The notes beneath the pieces are model-generated. The model saw only the letters and a program-made list of their open reading frames with translations, had not been told where the DNA came from and did not search any database. Both the position numbers and the translations under genes were made by a program. A stretch of DNA of 64,000 bases from Candidatus Bathyarchaeota archaeon (lineage in GTDB: Archaea > Thermoproteota > Bathyarchaeia > Bathyarchaeales > Bathycorpusculaceae), in the NCBI GenBank assembly GCA_963782525.1, contig CAWAKC010000008.1, positions 26,517-90,516 of the forward strand, given 5' to 3'. Within the stretch, counting starts at the first letter, position 1. The number at the start of each line of letters is the position of its first letter. Of this stretch, positions 9,714 through 19,911 are shown one piece after another.

Positions 9714-11054
9714 CTAAAAATTTTTGCATCTGGCTTGTTCCAACCTCTTTTTTTTATTTCCTCCCTTGGTTTTAACAATTAAAACAACTGTTACCACAAT
9801 AACTGCTATTACTGCTATGATAAGCAAGTAATTGGATTTGACGAAATCGAATGCCGAAGATGGATTTGAGGAAGAATTTGTAGGTTGCGACGGGAAAGAT
9901 GTTGGTGAAGTAGAAACAGACGGAGTGTTTGTATCTTGTGAAGATACAGGTGTTGGGGAATTAGTAACAGATGTTGCCGATGTGCTGGCTATCCATCCTC
10001 CTCCCGGAGAAGTACCTGGAACTGAACCAGCAAGTACGTAATCATTCCCTTTTTGAATTGCAGCATAAGTTCCATCATAAGGCAGGATCCATTGTAAGTT
10101 TCCAGAAGCATTGATCTTTATCAGGCCTGAGTCAGCAGCTATAGCGTAACCGCCATCATTTGTTTCTGTGATAGAATGCACTAAAGTATTGTCTATCTGA
10201 TTGTATGTTTGATTCCAAACTATGGTACCGGTAGAGTCAAACTTAACCAAACATAAAGTCCGGTCTGTTGTACCTGCTAACATATAGCCGTTATCACTTG
10301 TCCGAACTACTCCAACTCCTTGGTCATCTTTCAGGGTACCGTATGTTTGGTTCCATATCATTTTTCCAGCCGAGTCTGTTCTAACCAGCCACATGTCCCA
10401 TGTGCTCGTAACATAAGAAAATGTTGAACCCGCAAGCACAAAGCCACCGTCAACAGTTTGAAGTAATGAACCAGCTAGTTCATCGTTTGAGCCACCGTAA
10501 GTTTGGTTCCACTGCAAGCTACCATTGGAGCTAACTTTAGCTAACCAAAACCCTCCATCATGGACACTGCCGGCTAATACATAAGCATTATCGCCTGTTT
10601 TTATTACAGAGCTTAACGATATGTCGAGGTAGTTTTGCTTCCACACAACATTGCCCAAGGCATCTGTCTTAACGAGGTCTACGCAAACCATGACGTACCC
10701 ACTATCGCTGGCTTGAACAATAGAGCTCACTTGCCCCAAGTTTAGATAATCCTCGCTTAAGCCTTGCTCCCACATCTTGTTGCCTGAGGCGTCAACTTTG
10801 AGCAGCCAGGCATCAGGTATTCGTTGCCCCGGTGCACCCAACTCTCCCATGTATCCAGCTAGCGCATAGCCGCCGCCAGCAGTCGCCGTCATTGCTGTAA
10901 TTCCGCCATAGGTGCCATAAGTGTACGTTTTGCTCCATTCAACAACAGGAGGAGTTGAGACAGCATTGACAAAACTTGACATTGGCAACAAAACTAAAGT
11001 TAACAGTAAAAATGTAAGGATCGATGAAAAAGCCAAGGGTGCTTCATTTTCCAT
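9714..11054 (-). CDS. Secreted/cell-surface beta-repeat protein with S/T/P linker and C-terminal membrane anchor
   Basis: Signal peptide; repeated DGGYxLAG...WLVKxDxxGxxxWNQTYG units; TM helix plus basic tail. Confidence 0.8.
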   Translation of the reverse strand: MENEAPLAFSSILTFLLLTLVLLPMSSFVNAVSTPPVVEWSKTYTYGTYGGITAMTATAGGGYALAGYMGELGAPGQRIPDAWLLKVDASGNKMWEQGLSEDYLNLGQVSSIVQASDSGYVMVCVDLVKTDALGNVVWKQNYLDISLSSVIKTGDNAYVLAGSVHDGGFWLAKVSSNGSLQWNQTYGGSNDELAGSLLQTVDGGFVLAGSTFSYVTSTWDMWLVRTDSAGKMIWNQTYGTLKDDQGVGVVRTSDNGYMLAGTTDRTLCLVKFDSTGTIVWNQTYNQIDNTLVHSITETNDGGYAIAADSGLIKINASGNLQWILPYDGTYAAIQKGNDYVLAGSVPGTSPGGGWIASTSATSVTNSPTPVSSQDTNTPSVSTSPTSFPSQPTNSSSNPSSAFDFVKSNYLLIIAVIAVIVVTVVLIVKTKGGNKKKRLEQARCKNF

Positions 11055-11202
11055 AATTCATAATTCCACTATCCTTCTTTTCTGTTTTTGGGAAAAACCC
11101 TCCTTTAACCTCGCTTCTCGAAATTTCGATGAGGAAATACAAAAGTGATTTATTCGTTAGAATCATTCATTTGTTTCCCAGTTTGGAAAGGTCGAATACT
11201 GC

Positions 11203-11931
11203 TTGAAGAGTGGGGTGCCACACAAAGAAATTTCAATCCTGTTGCCAGCTTATAATGAAGCGGCGCAGATTGAAAAATGCGTGCGGGAAGTTGAAGCTGC
11301 AGTTAGGTCCTTTTCCAAGTCATACGAGATTATCGTGTCGGAAGATGGCAGCACAGACGGCACCGACTTAATCGTTGCTAAAATGGCTAAAAACAACCCA
11401 AACCTCGTTCTACTCCATTCGCCAAGCCGTCTTGGAAAGGGCAAAGGTATCAAAAACGCATTATACACTTCCAAAGGCAAATTCATAACTTTCATGGATG
11501 TTGACTTAGCGACAGACCTCGCATGCTTACCAAAGCTTCTGCAAATAGTAAAAACTAATGGCGGCATGGCAATCGGTTCCCGACACATCGAAGGTTCACG
11601 CGTTCAACGCCGCGTTACGAGGACACTGTTTAGTTTAACCTACAATTTGGCGGTGCGACTGCTTTTTTTAGACGGTGTCCATGACCATCAATGCGGCTTC
11701 AAAACCATGAGTCGCGAAGTCGCCGAAGCCGTTTTGAGCGCTTCGAAATCTGATGGCTACTTTTTTGATACTGAAATGATTGTGCGCGGCAAAAAACTCG
11801 GTTATCCAGTAGCCGAAGTGGCGGTGCAATGGTCTGAGAGAGATAAGGGCGCCTCAAAAGTTAACCCCATAAGGGATGCCAAAAAGATTGGTTTGGATTT
11901 GTTGGCGTTTAGGTTTAAATCCTCAAAATAG
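11203..11931 (+). CDS. GT2 glycosyltransferase (dolichyl-phosphate hexose synthase-like)
   Basis: LPAYNE, EDGSTDGT, GKG, FMDVDL, DHQCGFK, FDTE motifs. Confidence 0.9.
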   Translation: MKSGVPHKEISILLPAYNEAAQIEKCVREVEAAVRSFSKSYEIIVSEDGSTDGTDLIVAKMAKNNPNLVLLHSPSRLGKGKGIKNALYTSKGKFITFMDVDLATDLACLPKLLQIVKTNGGMAIGSRHIEGSRVQRRVTRTLFSLTYNLAVRLLFLDGVHDHQCGFKTMSREVAEAVLSASKSDGYFFDTEMIVRGKKLGYPVAEVAVQWSERDKGASKVNPIRDAKKIGLDLLAFRFKSSK

Positions 11932-11939
11932 AAATGTGC

Positions 11940-12602
11940 CTATATTCGGTTGCTTTTGGTTAACATGCGCTTTACCCTTTCAAACTCCTGCATAAAATTC
12001 AATGTAAGCGGTACAGCTTGTCCGAAAGGTTGACAATGCCCCTCCACAATGGCTTTTGCGATAGCTTCAACACTTGCCTCTTCAGCTTCGATAACGGTGT
12101 AGCCGTAACCGATTTGAGGACCATAATGAGCGTCGGTTCCTGCTACCCGCGAAAGGTTTAGGCGGTCTGCGGTTTCTGTGGCTTTTTTTACGTTTCTTTT
12201 GAAGGGAAACGCCCGAGCGTTTATGATTTCTATGGCGTCGAAAGTTTCGCAAACGTTTCCTTCTAGGCTACCTTTGAAGTAGGCGTAAGGGTGGCACGCG
12301 ATTGCGACTCCACCTGCTCTATGAATCCGAAGTACTGTTTCGGGGGCATTTAGACCTCGAGGTATGAGTTCAGAAACGTTTAGGGCGACGATGTGGCCGT
12401 CGCTACTGGAAACTTCCATGCCTGGGATAACTAAAAAATCTGTTTCTTTAGCAATTTTATAGGCTCCGTCAAGTTCGTTGTGATCGGTGACTGCAACTGC
12501 GTTCAAGCCGCGCTTCTTAGCGTAATGGATGAGGTCTTTGGGGGTTATCAGTGAATCTTTCGAGTAGGTTGTGTGAACGTGGAGGTCGGCTTTTATCTGC
12601 AT
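11940..12602 (-). CDS. PHP-domain metal-dependent phosphoesterase
   Basis: DLHVHT, VTDHN, GMEVS, HP, GTDAH motifs. Confidence 0.9.
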   Translation of the reverse strand: MQIKADLHVHTTYSKDSLITPKDLIHYAKKRGLNAVAVTDHNELDGAYKIAKETDFLVIPGMEVSSSDGHIVALNVSELIPRGLNAPETVLRIHRAGGVAIACHPYAYFKGSLEGNVCETFDAIEIINARAFPFKRNVKKATETADRLNLSRVAGTDAHYGPQIGYGYTVIEAEEASVEAIAKAIVEGHCQPFGQAVPLTLNFMQEFERVKRMLTKSNRI

Positions 12603-12612
12603 TAGTTTGCCC

Positions 12613-14337
12613 CTATTTTGGCGATGCCTTGGCTCTTATCTGTGCCAGCATCTCCTCGAGTTTTGCTTCATCAGCATCGATTTTATGGAATAGCGGCGTT
12701 GGCTTAGCGATTTTGTGTCCAGCTTCTATCGGCTTTAATGCGTCGCTCCAGTTGCTCTTGCCTACAGTTTCGGGGAGGTTGAGGGTTTGCCAGAGTTGTT
12801 GCGATGTCTGGGGTATGAAGGGTTCTGAAACCACTGCGATCGCTTTTACCACTTGGGCTGCCACGTAGAAAATGGTTCCTGCTTTTTCTTTGTCGGTCTT
12901 CATGAGGTTCCAGGGTTCTTTTGTATTTAGGTATTGGTTGCCTATGCGGCTGACGCTGATTAGCGTGTTTGTAGCGGATTGTAGCCATGAATCCTCAATT
13001 TCCTTCGCAGCTTGATCAACTTTCTCCTTTACAGCCCGCAAAATAGCTTCATCGTCTTTGTCGAGTTTGGTTGGAGCTGGGATTTGTCCATCGAATTTGC
13101 TGTTGATGAAGCTGAGGGTGCGGTGGATGAAGTTGCCGAAGGTGTCGTTTAGGTCGGCGTTGATTTTTTCGATGAACACTGTCCATGTGAAGTTGGTGTC
13201 TTTGCTTTCGGGGCGAGTAGCAATGAGGAAGAAGCGCCAGTAGTCGAGGGGAAACATTTCGAGGGCTTCATCTATCCATATGCCGACGCGTTGGCTTTTT
13301 GAGGCTTTTTGGCCTTTGAATTGGAGGAATTCGGTGGCGGAAACGTTCCATGGCAGGTTGTAGCCTTGACCAGACGCCAACAAAAGCGCTGGCAGGATAA
13401 TGGTGTGGAAAGGAATGTTGTCTTTGCCCACAAAGTAGAGTGTTTTGGCTTCTTTGTCGAACCAGAATTCACGCCATTTCTCAGGCTGCCCAATGCGCTG
13501 GCACTGCTCGATAGTTGCTGATACGTAACCCAACACTGCATCTACCCAAACATAGATTGTTTTGCCCTCTGCACCCTCAAACGGCGCTGGGATGCCCCAT
13601 TCAACATCGCGGGTGACGGCTCGGGGTTTTAAGCCTTCTTTTATCCAGTTTAAACTAAAGTTTTTTACGTTAGTCGGAAGATGCGGATTATTTTTTAAGT
13701 ATTCGGTTAGGGGTTCTGAGAGTTTTGTGAGGTCGATGTACCAGTGCCGTGTGGTTTTCACTGTGGGTTTGCTCTTGCAGATGACGCAGTAGGGGTCAAT
13801 GAGTGCGGTGGGTTCGAGGAGTTTTCCGCAGATGTCGCATTGATCGCCTCGGGCTTTTTCGCAGCCGCAATAGGGGCATTTGCCTTCGACGAAGCGATCG
13901 GGCAGGAAGCGTTGGTCGTGTTCACAGTAGAGCATCTGGGCGTCTTGAGCGAAGATGTAACCATTTTTCTGGATTTCGAGAAGTGTTTTTTGGACGAATT
14001 CTTTATGGATTGGGCTCTCCGTGCTGGTGTAGTTGTCAAATGAGGCGTCCCATCTGCGGAAGAGTTCGACGACTTTGGCGTGGTTTCGGTCAGTCAACAC
14101 TTTTGGTGTTATGCCCTGTTTTATGGCTTCCACCTCGATGGGTGTGCCATGGGTATCTGAACCGCTCACCATCATCGTGTCGGAACCTTTTAGGCGGTAA
14201 TAGCGGGCTGTCACGTCGGCGGATAAGACGGAGCCAACGAGGTTGCCCAGGTGCGGGGTAACGTTGATGTATGGCCAAGCTGATGTTACGAGAACTTTTT
14301 CAGGCAAAGGTATCATCAACAAATCGTTTAGCGCCAA
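12613..14337 (-). CDS. metG: Methionyl-tRNA synthetase (short form, no C-terminal OB domain)
   Basis: PHLGN, DTHGTPI, Zn knuckles, YVWVDA, GKDNIPFH, KASKS. Confidence 0.97.
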   Translation of the reverse strand: MALNDLLMIPLPEKVLVTSAWPYINVTPHLGNLVGSVLSADVTARYYRLKGSDTMMVSGSDTHGTPIEVEAIKQGITPKVLTDRNHAKVVELFRRWDASFDNYTSTESPIHKEFVQKTLLEIQKNGYIFAQDAQMLYCEHDQRFLPDRFVEGKCPYCGCEKARGDQCDICGKLLEPTALIDPYCVICKSKPTVKTTRHWYIDLTKLSEPLTEYLKNNPHLPTNVKNFSLNWIKEGLKPRAVTRDVEWGIPAPFEGAEGKTIYVWVDAVLGYVSATIEQCQRIGQPEKWREFWFDKEAKTLYFVGKDNIPFHTIILPALLLASGQGYNLPWNVSATEFLQFKGQKASKSQRVGIWIDEALEMFPLDYWRFFLIATRPESKDTNFTWTVFIEKINADLNDTFGNFIHRTLSFINSKFDGQIPAPTKLDKDDEAILRAVKEKVDQAAKEIEDSWLQSATNTLISVSRIGNQYLNTKEPWNLMKTDKEKAGTIFYVAAQVVKAIAVVSEPFIPQTSQQLWQTLNLPETVGKSNWSDALKPIEAGHKIAKPTPLFHKIDADEAKLEEMLAQIRAKASPK

Positions 14338-14480
14338 CCTTATTAAAATTCCTATAAGACCCGTTGAACTAAAAATCTGCGAATCAGAAAAAATAGTTGT
14401 TTGGATCCTGATAGAATATCATTGCAGAAACCTGTTGCGGTAGGTTGTCATTGCAGATTTATCAATAACTCAAGACTGTT

Positions 14481-15599
14481 TTGGTAAGCCTTAAATTTCC
14501 AAGTCGTTATACCCTCTTACTTGAGGTTTCAACATTGCCATATTGCCAAAGATGCGGAACAAAACTAGCTGACGACGCACATTTCTGCCAGAAATGTGGA
14601 ACACCTGTGATGGTCGCCGCTTATACTCCAACGCCGATGAAGCCAATAAGAAATGACCCTTTGATAATTGGAGCCATCGTGTTAATCGCTATTTTAGTTG
14701 TGGGTGTAGTGGTTGCGGCTTTGTTCGCTGCTTCATACGCTACGGTGAACATTAACCAATCCTACCAAGACAACACCGTAGGTATCAACAAGTTAAACCT
14801 AAATGTTCAAACCGAAGCGCTTAAAGTCAACGTTTTCACCCAAAAGGTATCCAACAATAATTTCTTAATCACACTCGATGGGACAGCTTCCAAAGGAATC
14901 AACAGCGGGAGCGGAAGCGGAAGCCCCATCCAAGTTGAATTCAACAACGACACTGTAGCGGGCGACGAGTTAACAATGACTATGAAGATTACGCAGTCAA
15001 ACGTTTTTTCCAGGTACAACGTTAAATGCGACATCTACGTTAACCCTGATGTAATCCGCAATCTCAACGTTACTTCTCAAGCAGGGCAAGTCAGCTTTAC
15101 CGCGGATAAACCCGTAACTTTTGAATCCCTCAGCCTGCAATCCCAAGCAGGCGCTGTCCAAGCAAACCTTGAAAACATGACTGTAGCAGGAAACGTAACC
15201 CTTAGAACTCAAGCAGGTTCTATTGATTTTAGAATGAATGAAGCCAAAGTTGAAGGCAACAACACGGTGACTTTGCAGACAAACGCTGGTTCCGTGACCA
15301 TGGATATAACTGAAACTAAGGCTCTTCAGGGAAATCTGATGGTTAACGCTGTGACGGATTTGGGTTCAGTGAACGTTGGCTTAGTCGTCGATGATGGTGT
15401 AGGAGCCAAAATTGTTTCTCAGACCAACTTAGGCAGCGTCCATGTAGATGTTCAGCATTTTTCAGGTAACCAGTCGCCAATCCAATCTGACAATTACCCT
15501 GCAGCAAGCAACATCGAAATATACAGCAAAACAAACCTTGGCAGCATAAACATAAACGCCAACTACCAATCATCAACTGGACCCAGCATCAGTAACTAA
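14481..15599 (+). CDS. Zinc-ribbon membrane protein with adhesin-like (DUF4097-type) beta-solenoid
   Basis: YCQRCG...FCQKCG, TM helix, repeated T.AGSV/I units. Confidence 0.7.
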   Translation: MVSLKFPSRYTLLLEVSTLPYCQRCGTKLADDAHFCQKCGTPVMVAAYTPTPMKPIRNDPLIIGAIVLIAILVVGVVVAALFAASYATVNINQSYQDNTVGINKLNLNVQTEALKVNVFTQKVSNNNFLITLDGTASKGINSGSGSGSPIQVEFNNDTVAGDELTMTMKITQSNVFSRYNVKCDIYVNPDVIRNLNVTSQAGQVSFTADKPVTFESLSLQSQAGAVQANLENMTVAGNVTLRTQAGSIDFRMNEAKVEGNNTVTLQTNAGSVTMDITETKALQGNLMVNAVTDLGSVNVGLVVDDGVGAKIVSQTNLGSVHVDVQHFSGNQSPIQSDNYPAASNIEIYSKTNLGSININANYQSSTGPSISN

Positions 15600-15656
15600 T
15601 GACTTTGCAATCCCTAAACCTTTAAAACCCTCTTCAAACTTTTAACAAATTAAGAA

Positions 15657-15908
15657 ATGGTGAATTTTTTGTCACAACCCAAAAAAGTAACACGCCAAGA
15701 ACTACAAGAAAACAACGGAAAAAACGGAAAACCAGCGTACCTTGCCTACAAAGGAAAAGTGTATGATGTTTCAGATAGCAGTTTCTGGATGGAAGGCGAC
15801 CACATGGGCATGCATGATGCAGGCAAAGACTTAACGGAAGAACTTGAGATGGCGCCGCACCGAGAAGAAACTTTCCAGCGCGTAAAGTTTGTGGGCGACC
15901 TCGTTTAG
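15657..15908 (+). CDS. Cytochrome b5-like heme/steroid-binding protein
   Basis: NGKNGKPAYLAYKGKVYDVS, W..G.H...H.AG.DLT...APH. Confidence 0.9.
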   Translation: MVNFLSQPKKVTRQELQENNGKNGKPAYLAYKGKVYDVSDSSFWMEGDHMGMHDAGKDLTEELEMAPHREETFQRVKFVGDLV

Positions 15909-17140
15909 AAGAGGCATTGCAGCACACCGTCAACCCTGTGCAATCCATTTATCACATTTTTTAATTCTTTTTCGCTCAGCAACTGTCTTTTCTTATGGAG
16001 TTCACTTATGGTTTCGTAGAGGCTGTCGAAGGCTGATTTTATATCCAAATCGTTGTTCATGCATTCTTCAAAACCAACTATGATTTTGCCCTCTAAATCT
16101 TCCCCTGCCCCTGCCGAACTCAAAGACGTAGTCTTTTCTAAATCCGTGACCATGCTCCTGAAAGTATCCAGTTTTTGAATTGTCTGCGCAAACTTTTCAA
16201 ACGTGAAGTTCAACTTCTGCCTGTAAGGACCGTAAATCAAGAAGAACCTTAATTGTTCGCCGCTAAAGCCTTTGGCGTAGAGGTCTTTGGGGTAGTAGAC
16301 GTTGCCTTTGCTTTTGCTCATTTTTTTGCCGTCCACGAATAGGTGTCCACCATGCAGCCAGTACTTTGAGAATTGTTTGCCGGAAACCGCTTCTGCAACC
16401 GCCAACGTGTAATCATGGTGGCGTACCAGGTTATCGATTCCACCGCATCCTACGTCGATTGTGAAGCCTAAATGTTTGGTTACTATAGCGGCATCTTGAA
16501 TGTTCCATGCTGGTCTGCCCTTGCCAATAGCGGTTTGGTAACAAACATCTTTTTGTTCACAGCCATGCCAAAGAACAAAATCCCCCATATTCCAAGGCGT
16601 ACCAGGATACGTGTCTTTGTGGAACCGCCGCTTCTTAGTGGGCCACTTATTCATGTCCAAGTGAGCAAGTTTGCCAAAGCCCCTGAATTTTAAAGGATCA
16701 AAATAAATGTTCTTGGCACCTTCAAATGTGAATGGGTAAGCGATGCCCTTTTCCATAAGCTTCAAAATCAGGTTGGCCGCTTGATCCACCGCGGTTGAAG
16801 CTCTCACAGGGTAATCGGGTTTCTTAATTTTTAAAAGTTCAAAATCTTTGAAGAAAACTGCTTCGTTTTTCCGTGTTAGCTTTTCCACACTGAGGTTTTC
16901 TTTTTTGGCCTGAGCAATCGCTTTATCCTCCACATCGGTTAGAGTCATCAGCCGCATAACTTTGTATCCCGAATATTCGAGGTACCTTTGAAATATGTCT
17001 TCGAAGAGGAAAGTGCGGTAATTCCCGATGTGGGCAGCTTGGTAGGTTGAGGGACCGCACGTGTACACTTTAACCTGCATGTCTTCTGCTGGCTGAAATC
17101 CTTCAATCTTGCACGTTAAAGTGTTGTAGAGGTTGAGCAA
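15905..17140 (-). CDS. cysS: Cysteinyl-tRNA synthetase-like class I ligase (truncated, atypical Zn site)
   Basis: YTCGPST, HIGN, TDVEDK, KMSKSKGN, DALR-like region; lacks the C-terminal anticodon-binding domain. Confidence 0.7.
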   Translation of the reverse strand: MLNLYNTLTCKIEGFQPAEDMQVKVYTCGPSTYQAAHIGNYRTFLFEDIFQRYLEYSGYKVMRLMTLTDVEDKAIAQAKKENLSVEKLTRKNEAVFFKDFELLKIKKPDYPVRASTAVDQAANLILKLMEKGIAYPFTFEGAKNIYFDPLKFRGFGKLAHLDMNKWPTKKRRFHKDTYPGTPWNMGDFVLWHGCEQKDVCYQTAIGKGRPAWNIQDAAIVTKHLGFTIDVGCGGIDNLVRHHDYTLAVAEAVSGKQFSKYWLHGGHLFVDGKKMSKSKGNVYYPKDLYAKGFSGEQLRFFLIYGPYRQKLNFTFEKFAQTIQKLDTFRSMVTDLEKTTSLSSAGAGEDLEGKIIVGFEECMNNDLDIKSAFDSLYETISELHKKRQLLSEKELKNVINGLHRVDGVLQCLF

Positions 17141-17153
17141 TTTTTTTCCTCTG

Positions 17154-17630
17154 TTAAGCGGTGGCTTTTTCTTCTTTCTTTATTTCCATAAGAGTTTTCT
17201 TTGCTTCTTCCACATGCCGAGGCGCCTGGGTTTGGGAATTAAAAATGTGGCGGACAATCCCCTTCTTGTCACTGATATAAGTAACTCGCCCAGGAATTAT
17301 ACCCATCGTTGAAGGGACACCATAGAGTTCCCTAACTTTGTTGCCTTCATCGCTGAGTAGAATAAATTGCAGCCCATAATGAGTTGCGAAAGACTTGTGG
17401 GATTCCACGCTTTGCCCGCTTACGCCTAACACTTCAGCGTCCAACTTGGTTAATTCTTCGTAGTTATCTCGAAAGGTGCATGCCTCTTTTGTGCATCCTT
17501 GCGTTTCGTCTTTGGGATAGAAGTGCAAGACAACGCTCTTTTTGCCCATAAACTCTGAGAGCGTTACGTTGTCGCCCATTTGGGAGGGAAGCGTGAAATC
17601 AGGCGCTTTATCGCCGACTTTAACTGTCAA
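17154..17630 (-). CDS. bcp: Peroxiredoxin (BCP/PrxQ)
   Basis: GDKAPDFTL, FYPKDETQGCTKEAC motif. Confidence 0.93.
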   Translation of the reverse strand: MTVKVGDKAPDFTLPSQMGDNVTLSEFMGKKSVVLHFYPKDETQGCTKEACTFRDNYEELTKLDAEVLGVSGQSVESHKSFATHYGLQFILLSDEGNKVRELYGVPSTMGIIPGRVTYISDKKGIVRHIFNSQTQAPRHVEEAKKTLMEIKKEEKATA

Positions 17631-17703
17631 AAAATCACCGTAACATAGTGGCTTTTGAGGGCTATTAATACTTTCGCACCCGAATTAAACGATATAAGAC
17701 TCT

Positions 17704-18330
17704 GTGCACATTGCTAGAATGGTGAGTTGGTTGGAGAAATCGTTAAACGTTTCAGGCTACAAGTGTCCCGCCTTATACTACACCGCACCCGGGGTTCCCA
17801 TAGTTTTCCTGCATGGATTATCCTACACCGCTGATATCTGGCAACGAATAGGCGTAACCGGTTTGCTCATGAAAAAACGAGTACCTTTTCTGGCACTTAA
17901 CATGCCTTATGGCTTGAAGAGTGAATGCCAACCTAAAACCCGTGACCCGGAAAAAAACGTCGCGTTCATGAATGAAGCAGTTAAAACCTTTTTTGGTTCG
18001 GCTGTCCCAGTTCTTGTCGGTGCCAGCATAGGCGGCAACATGGCATTGCGATATGCGCTGAAATTTCCCGTAAAGGGATTAATGTTGGTTTCGCCTGCAA
18101 GGGCGCTTGAACCGGACTTAGTGCCTATGTATAGTCAATTCAAGTTTTCAACTACCATCGTTTGGGGTTCGGAAGACAACATAGTTGCAAGCGAAGACAT
18201 GCGTGTTTTAGCTGACAAACTTCCCAACGCTAAACTTATCATCTACGATGGAGCAAAACACTCAGCCTACAAGGATGATTCAGACAGGTTTAAACAGGAT
18301 TTGCTAGAGCTCTACGCAAACGCCGAATAG
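17704..18330 (+). CDS. Alpha/beta hydrolase
   Basis: VFLHG, GASIGG nucleophile elbow, WGSED, H in GAKHS. Confidence 0.9.
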   Translation: MHIARMVSWLEKSLNVSGYKCPALYYTAPGVPIVFLHGLSYTADIWQRIGVTGLLMKKRVPFLALNMPYGLKSECQPKTRDPEKNVAFMNEAVKTFFGSAVPVLVGASIGGNMALRYALKFPVKGLMLVSPARALEPDLVPMYSQFKFSTTIVWGSEDNIVASEDMRVLADKLPNAKLIIYDGAKHSAYKDDSDRFKQDLLELYANAE

Positions 18331-18335
18331 CCAGC

Positions 18336-18890
18336 TTATGGTTTTGCTGTTATCAAGTAATGGTAGCGCCCAGCATCCCTAACATCCGTAACAGTAAAAC
18401 CTGCAGATTCAATCAATCCTGACGCTTTTTCTTCGCTGAACCTAATAGAAACTGGTGGACCAAACGGCATCTCGATTTTTTTCCAATCCAAATCTATCAG
18501 TTGCCCGTTTGGTTTTATCATTTGCCGGGCGTTTTGGAGTACTTTAGCGGGGTCGTTGAAGTCATGGAGGTCCATGCTATAGAATATGAAGTCAGCGCAA
18601 CTCTTACAAAACACGGTGTCTTCGGCTTTGCCTGCCCGCGCATTGATGTTGTTTAAGCCTTCAGCTTTTGCTTTTTGTTTGACTTTTTCAATGGCTGAAG
18701 CGTCGATATCTACAGCATAGACTTTTCCGCTGTCGCCTACTTTTTTTGCAGCTAAAATGGAGAAGAATCCGTCGCCGCAACCTACATCAACAAAAACCAT
18801 GCCTGCTTCTAGGTCCTTTAGGATGGCATCTGGATTGTACCATGACCGCCTTGTTGCTTCGTCTAGGCTAAATCCTCCGTGACAACCCAC
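18336..18890 (-). CDS. Class I SAM-dependent methyltransferase
   Basis: VDVGCGDG, VYAVDID, LHD, KPNG motifs. Confidence 0.9.
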   Translation of the reverse strand: MGCHGGFSLDEATRRSWYNPDAILKDLEAGMVFVDVGCGDGFFSILAAKKVGDSGKVYAVDIDASAIEKVKQKAKAEGLNNINARAGKAEDTVFCKSCADFIFYSMDLHDFNDPAKVLQNARQMIKPNGQLIDLDWKKIEMPFGPPVSIRFSEEKASGLIESAGFTVTDVRDAGRYHYLITAKP

Positions 18891-18906
18891 ATTTAAAACC
18901 CGCTTG

Positions 18907-19215
18907 CTATGGCTTTAGGAGTTCTCGGATTTGTTTTTCATGCGTTTGGCGGGTGGTTAAGGGGTAGATTTCACGTTCAGAATCGAAGAACATTGGGTCC
19001 TGTCCTATGATTTTTGAGAGTTTCTCGTCTGAGTCAACGTTGACGATGAGCATGCTGCCCTGTTGCCCGATGAGGTGGTAGGTGGCTTCGAGGGTTTTCT
19101 CTTTTTCCAGGTTGTCAAAATATTTGAATTGCAACGGAAGCAGTTTTGACCATTTCTCGAGTGGAACATCGCGTTTAATTTTTTGTATGATTAAAAACTT
19201 CATAAGTATCCTCAT
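18907..19215 (-). CDS. Muconolactone isomerase-like dimeric alpha/beta-barrel protein
   Basis: G..GSMLIVNVDS.E.L...I..DP...EIYPL pattern. Confidence 0.55.
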   Translation of the reverse strand: MRILMKFLIIQKIKRDVPLEKWSKLLPLQFKYFDNLEKEKTLEATYHLIGQQGSMLIVNVDSDEKLSKIIGQDPMFFDSEREIYPLTTRQTHEKQIRELLKP

Positions 19216-19434
19216 TTAGAAAATGATTGTTTGGGTATAAAATCTTTCTTTGAATCAGCATCACATCGGAGCGCCGTAGATGCTATTCATGCCCGGGGTA
19301 ACTGAAATTGTGGCTTTACTATTTAAATAGCCTCAAAAAAATTATCTCTAGCTACCACTTTCTTCAATAAACTGGTTTTTTGTTGTTGAAGAATAAAAAA
19401 CCCGATTTTAGAATAAATTTTTATACAATCATGT

Positions 19435-19707
19435 ATGGTAAGTGAACTGTTTATCGAAAATAGGAGCCTTCCGACAATTCCAAAATCTGAGAAAAAAACT
19501 GATAACGATGGTTTACCTGCGATTAAATGTCTTTGCGGAGAAATAATTTTGGTCGTACCCAACGTTAAACTAATGAGCAAAGCCATAGAAACCCACGTTG
19601 CAAAACACATGCAAGAAGTTAAGGACCCAAAAGAAGCTGAAGCCATAGCTGAACATATACGTGATGACTTGATAATTCAAGTCTTGGAGAAAGCAAGCAA
19701 AACTTAA
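19435..19707 (+). CDS. Hypothetical protein with C-x-C...H-x3-H Zn-finger-like motif
   Basis: IKCLCG...IETHVAKH. Confidence 0.6.
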   Translation: MVSELFIENRSLPTIPKSEKKTDNDGLPAIKCLCGEIILVVPNVKLMSKAIETHVAKHMQEVKDPKEAEAIAEHIRDDLIIQVLEKASKT

Positions 19708-19758
19708 GTATTATCCAAAAAAATAAAGAAATATTTGAAATTATTCGAGATGGAATAT

Positions 19759-19911
19759 TTACTGTTTGTTTTCTCCGCCTCGACGCATCATCTCAGGAAT
19801 CTTGGCGGAAGCCTTAGACATTGCATCTTTAACAACATCCATCAATTCTTCGTTAACTTCAAGTTCAACAGTTATTTTCAACTTGCCTTTTTTGTCATTC
19901 ATTTCAGTCAT
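19759..19911 (-). CDS. Small hypothetical protein (50 aa, not in ORF track)
   Basis: MTEMNDKKGKLKITVELEVNEELMDVVKDAM...; strong GGAGGTGG RBS; overlaps the end of 19904..20206. Confidence 0.6.
   Translation of the reverse strand: MTEMNDKKGKLKITVELEVNEELMDVVKDAMSKASAKIPEMMRRGGENKQ

Noticed and set aside
9714-11054. DNA-level repeat array
   Set aside because: The periodicity reflects ordinary protein beta-repeats of a surface protein.
12551-14443. Many antisense/alternate-frame ORFs over metG (and likewise over uvrABC, rqcH and the ABC genes)
   Set aside because: Shadow ORFs overlapping well-supported genes, with no motifs.
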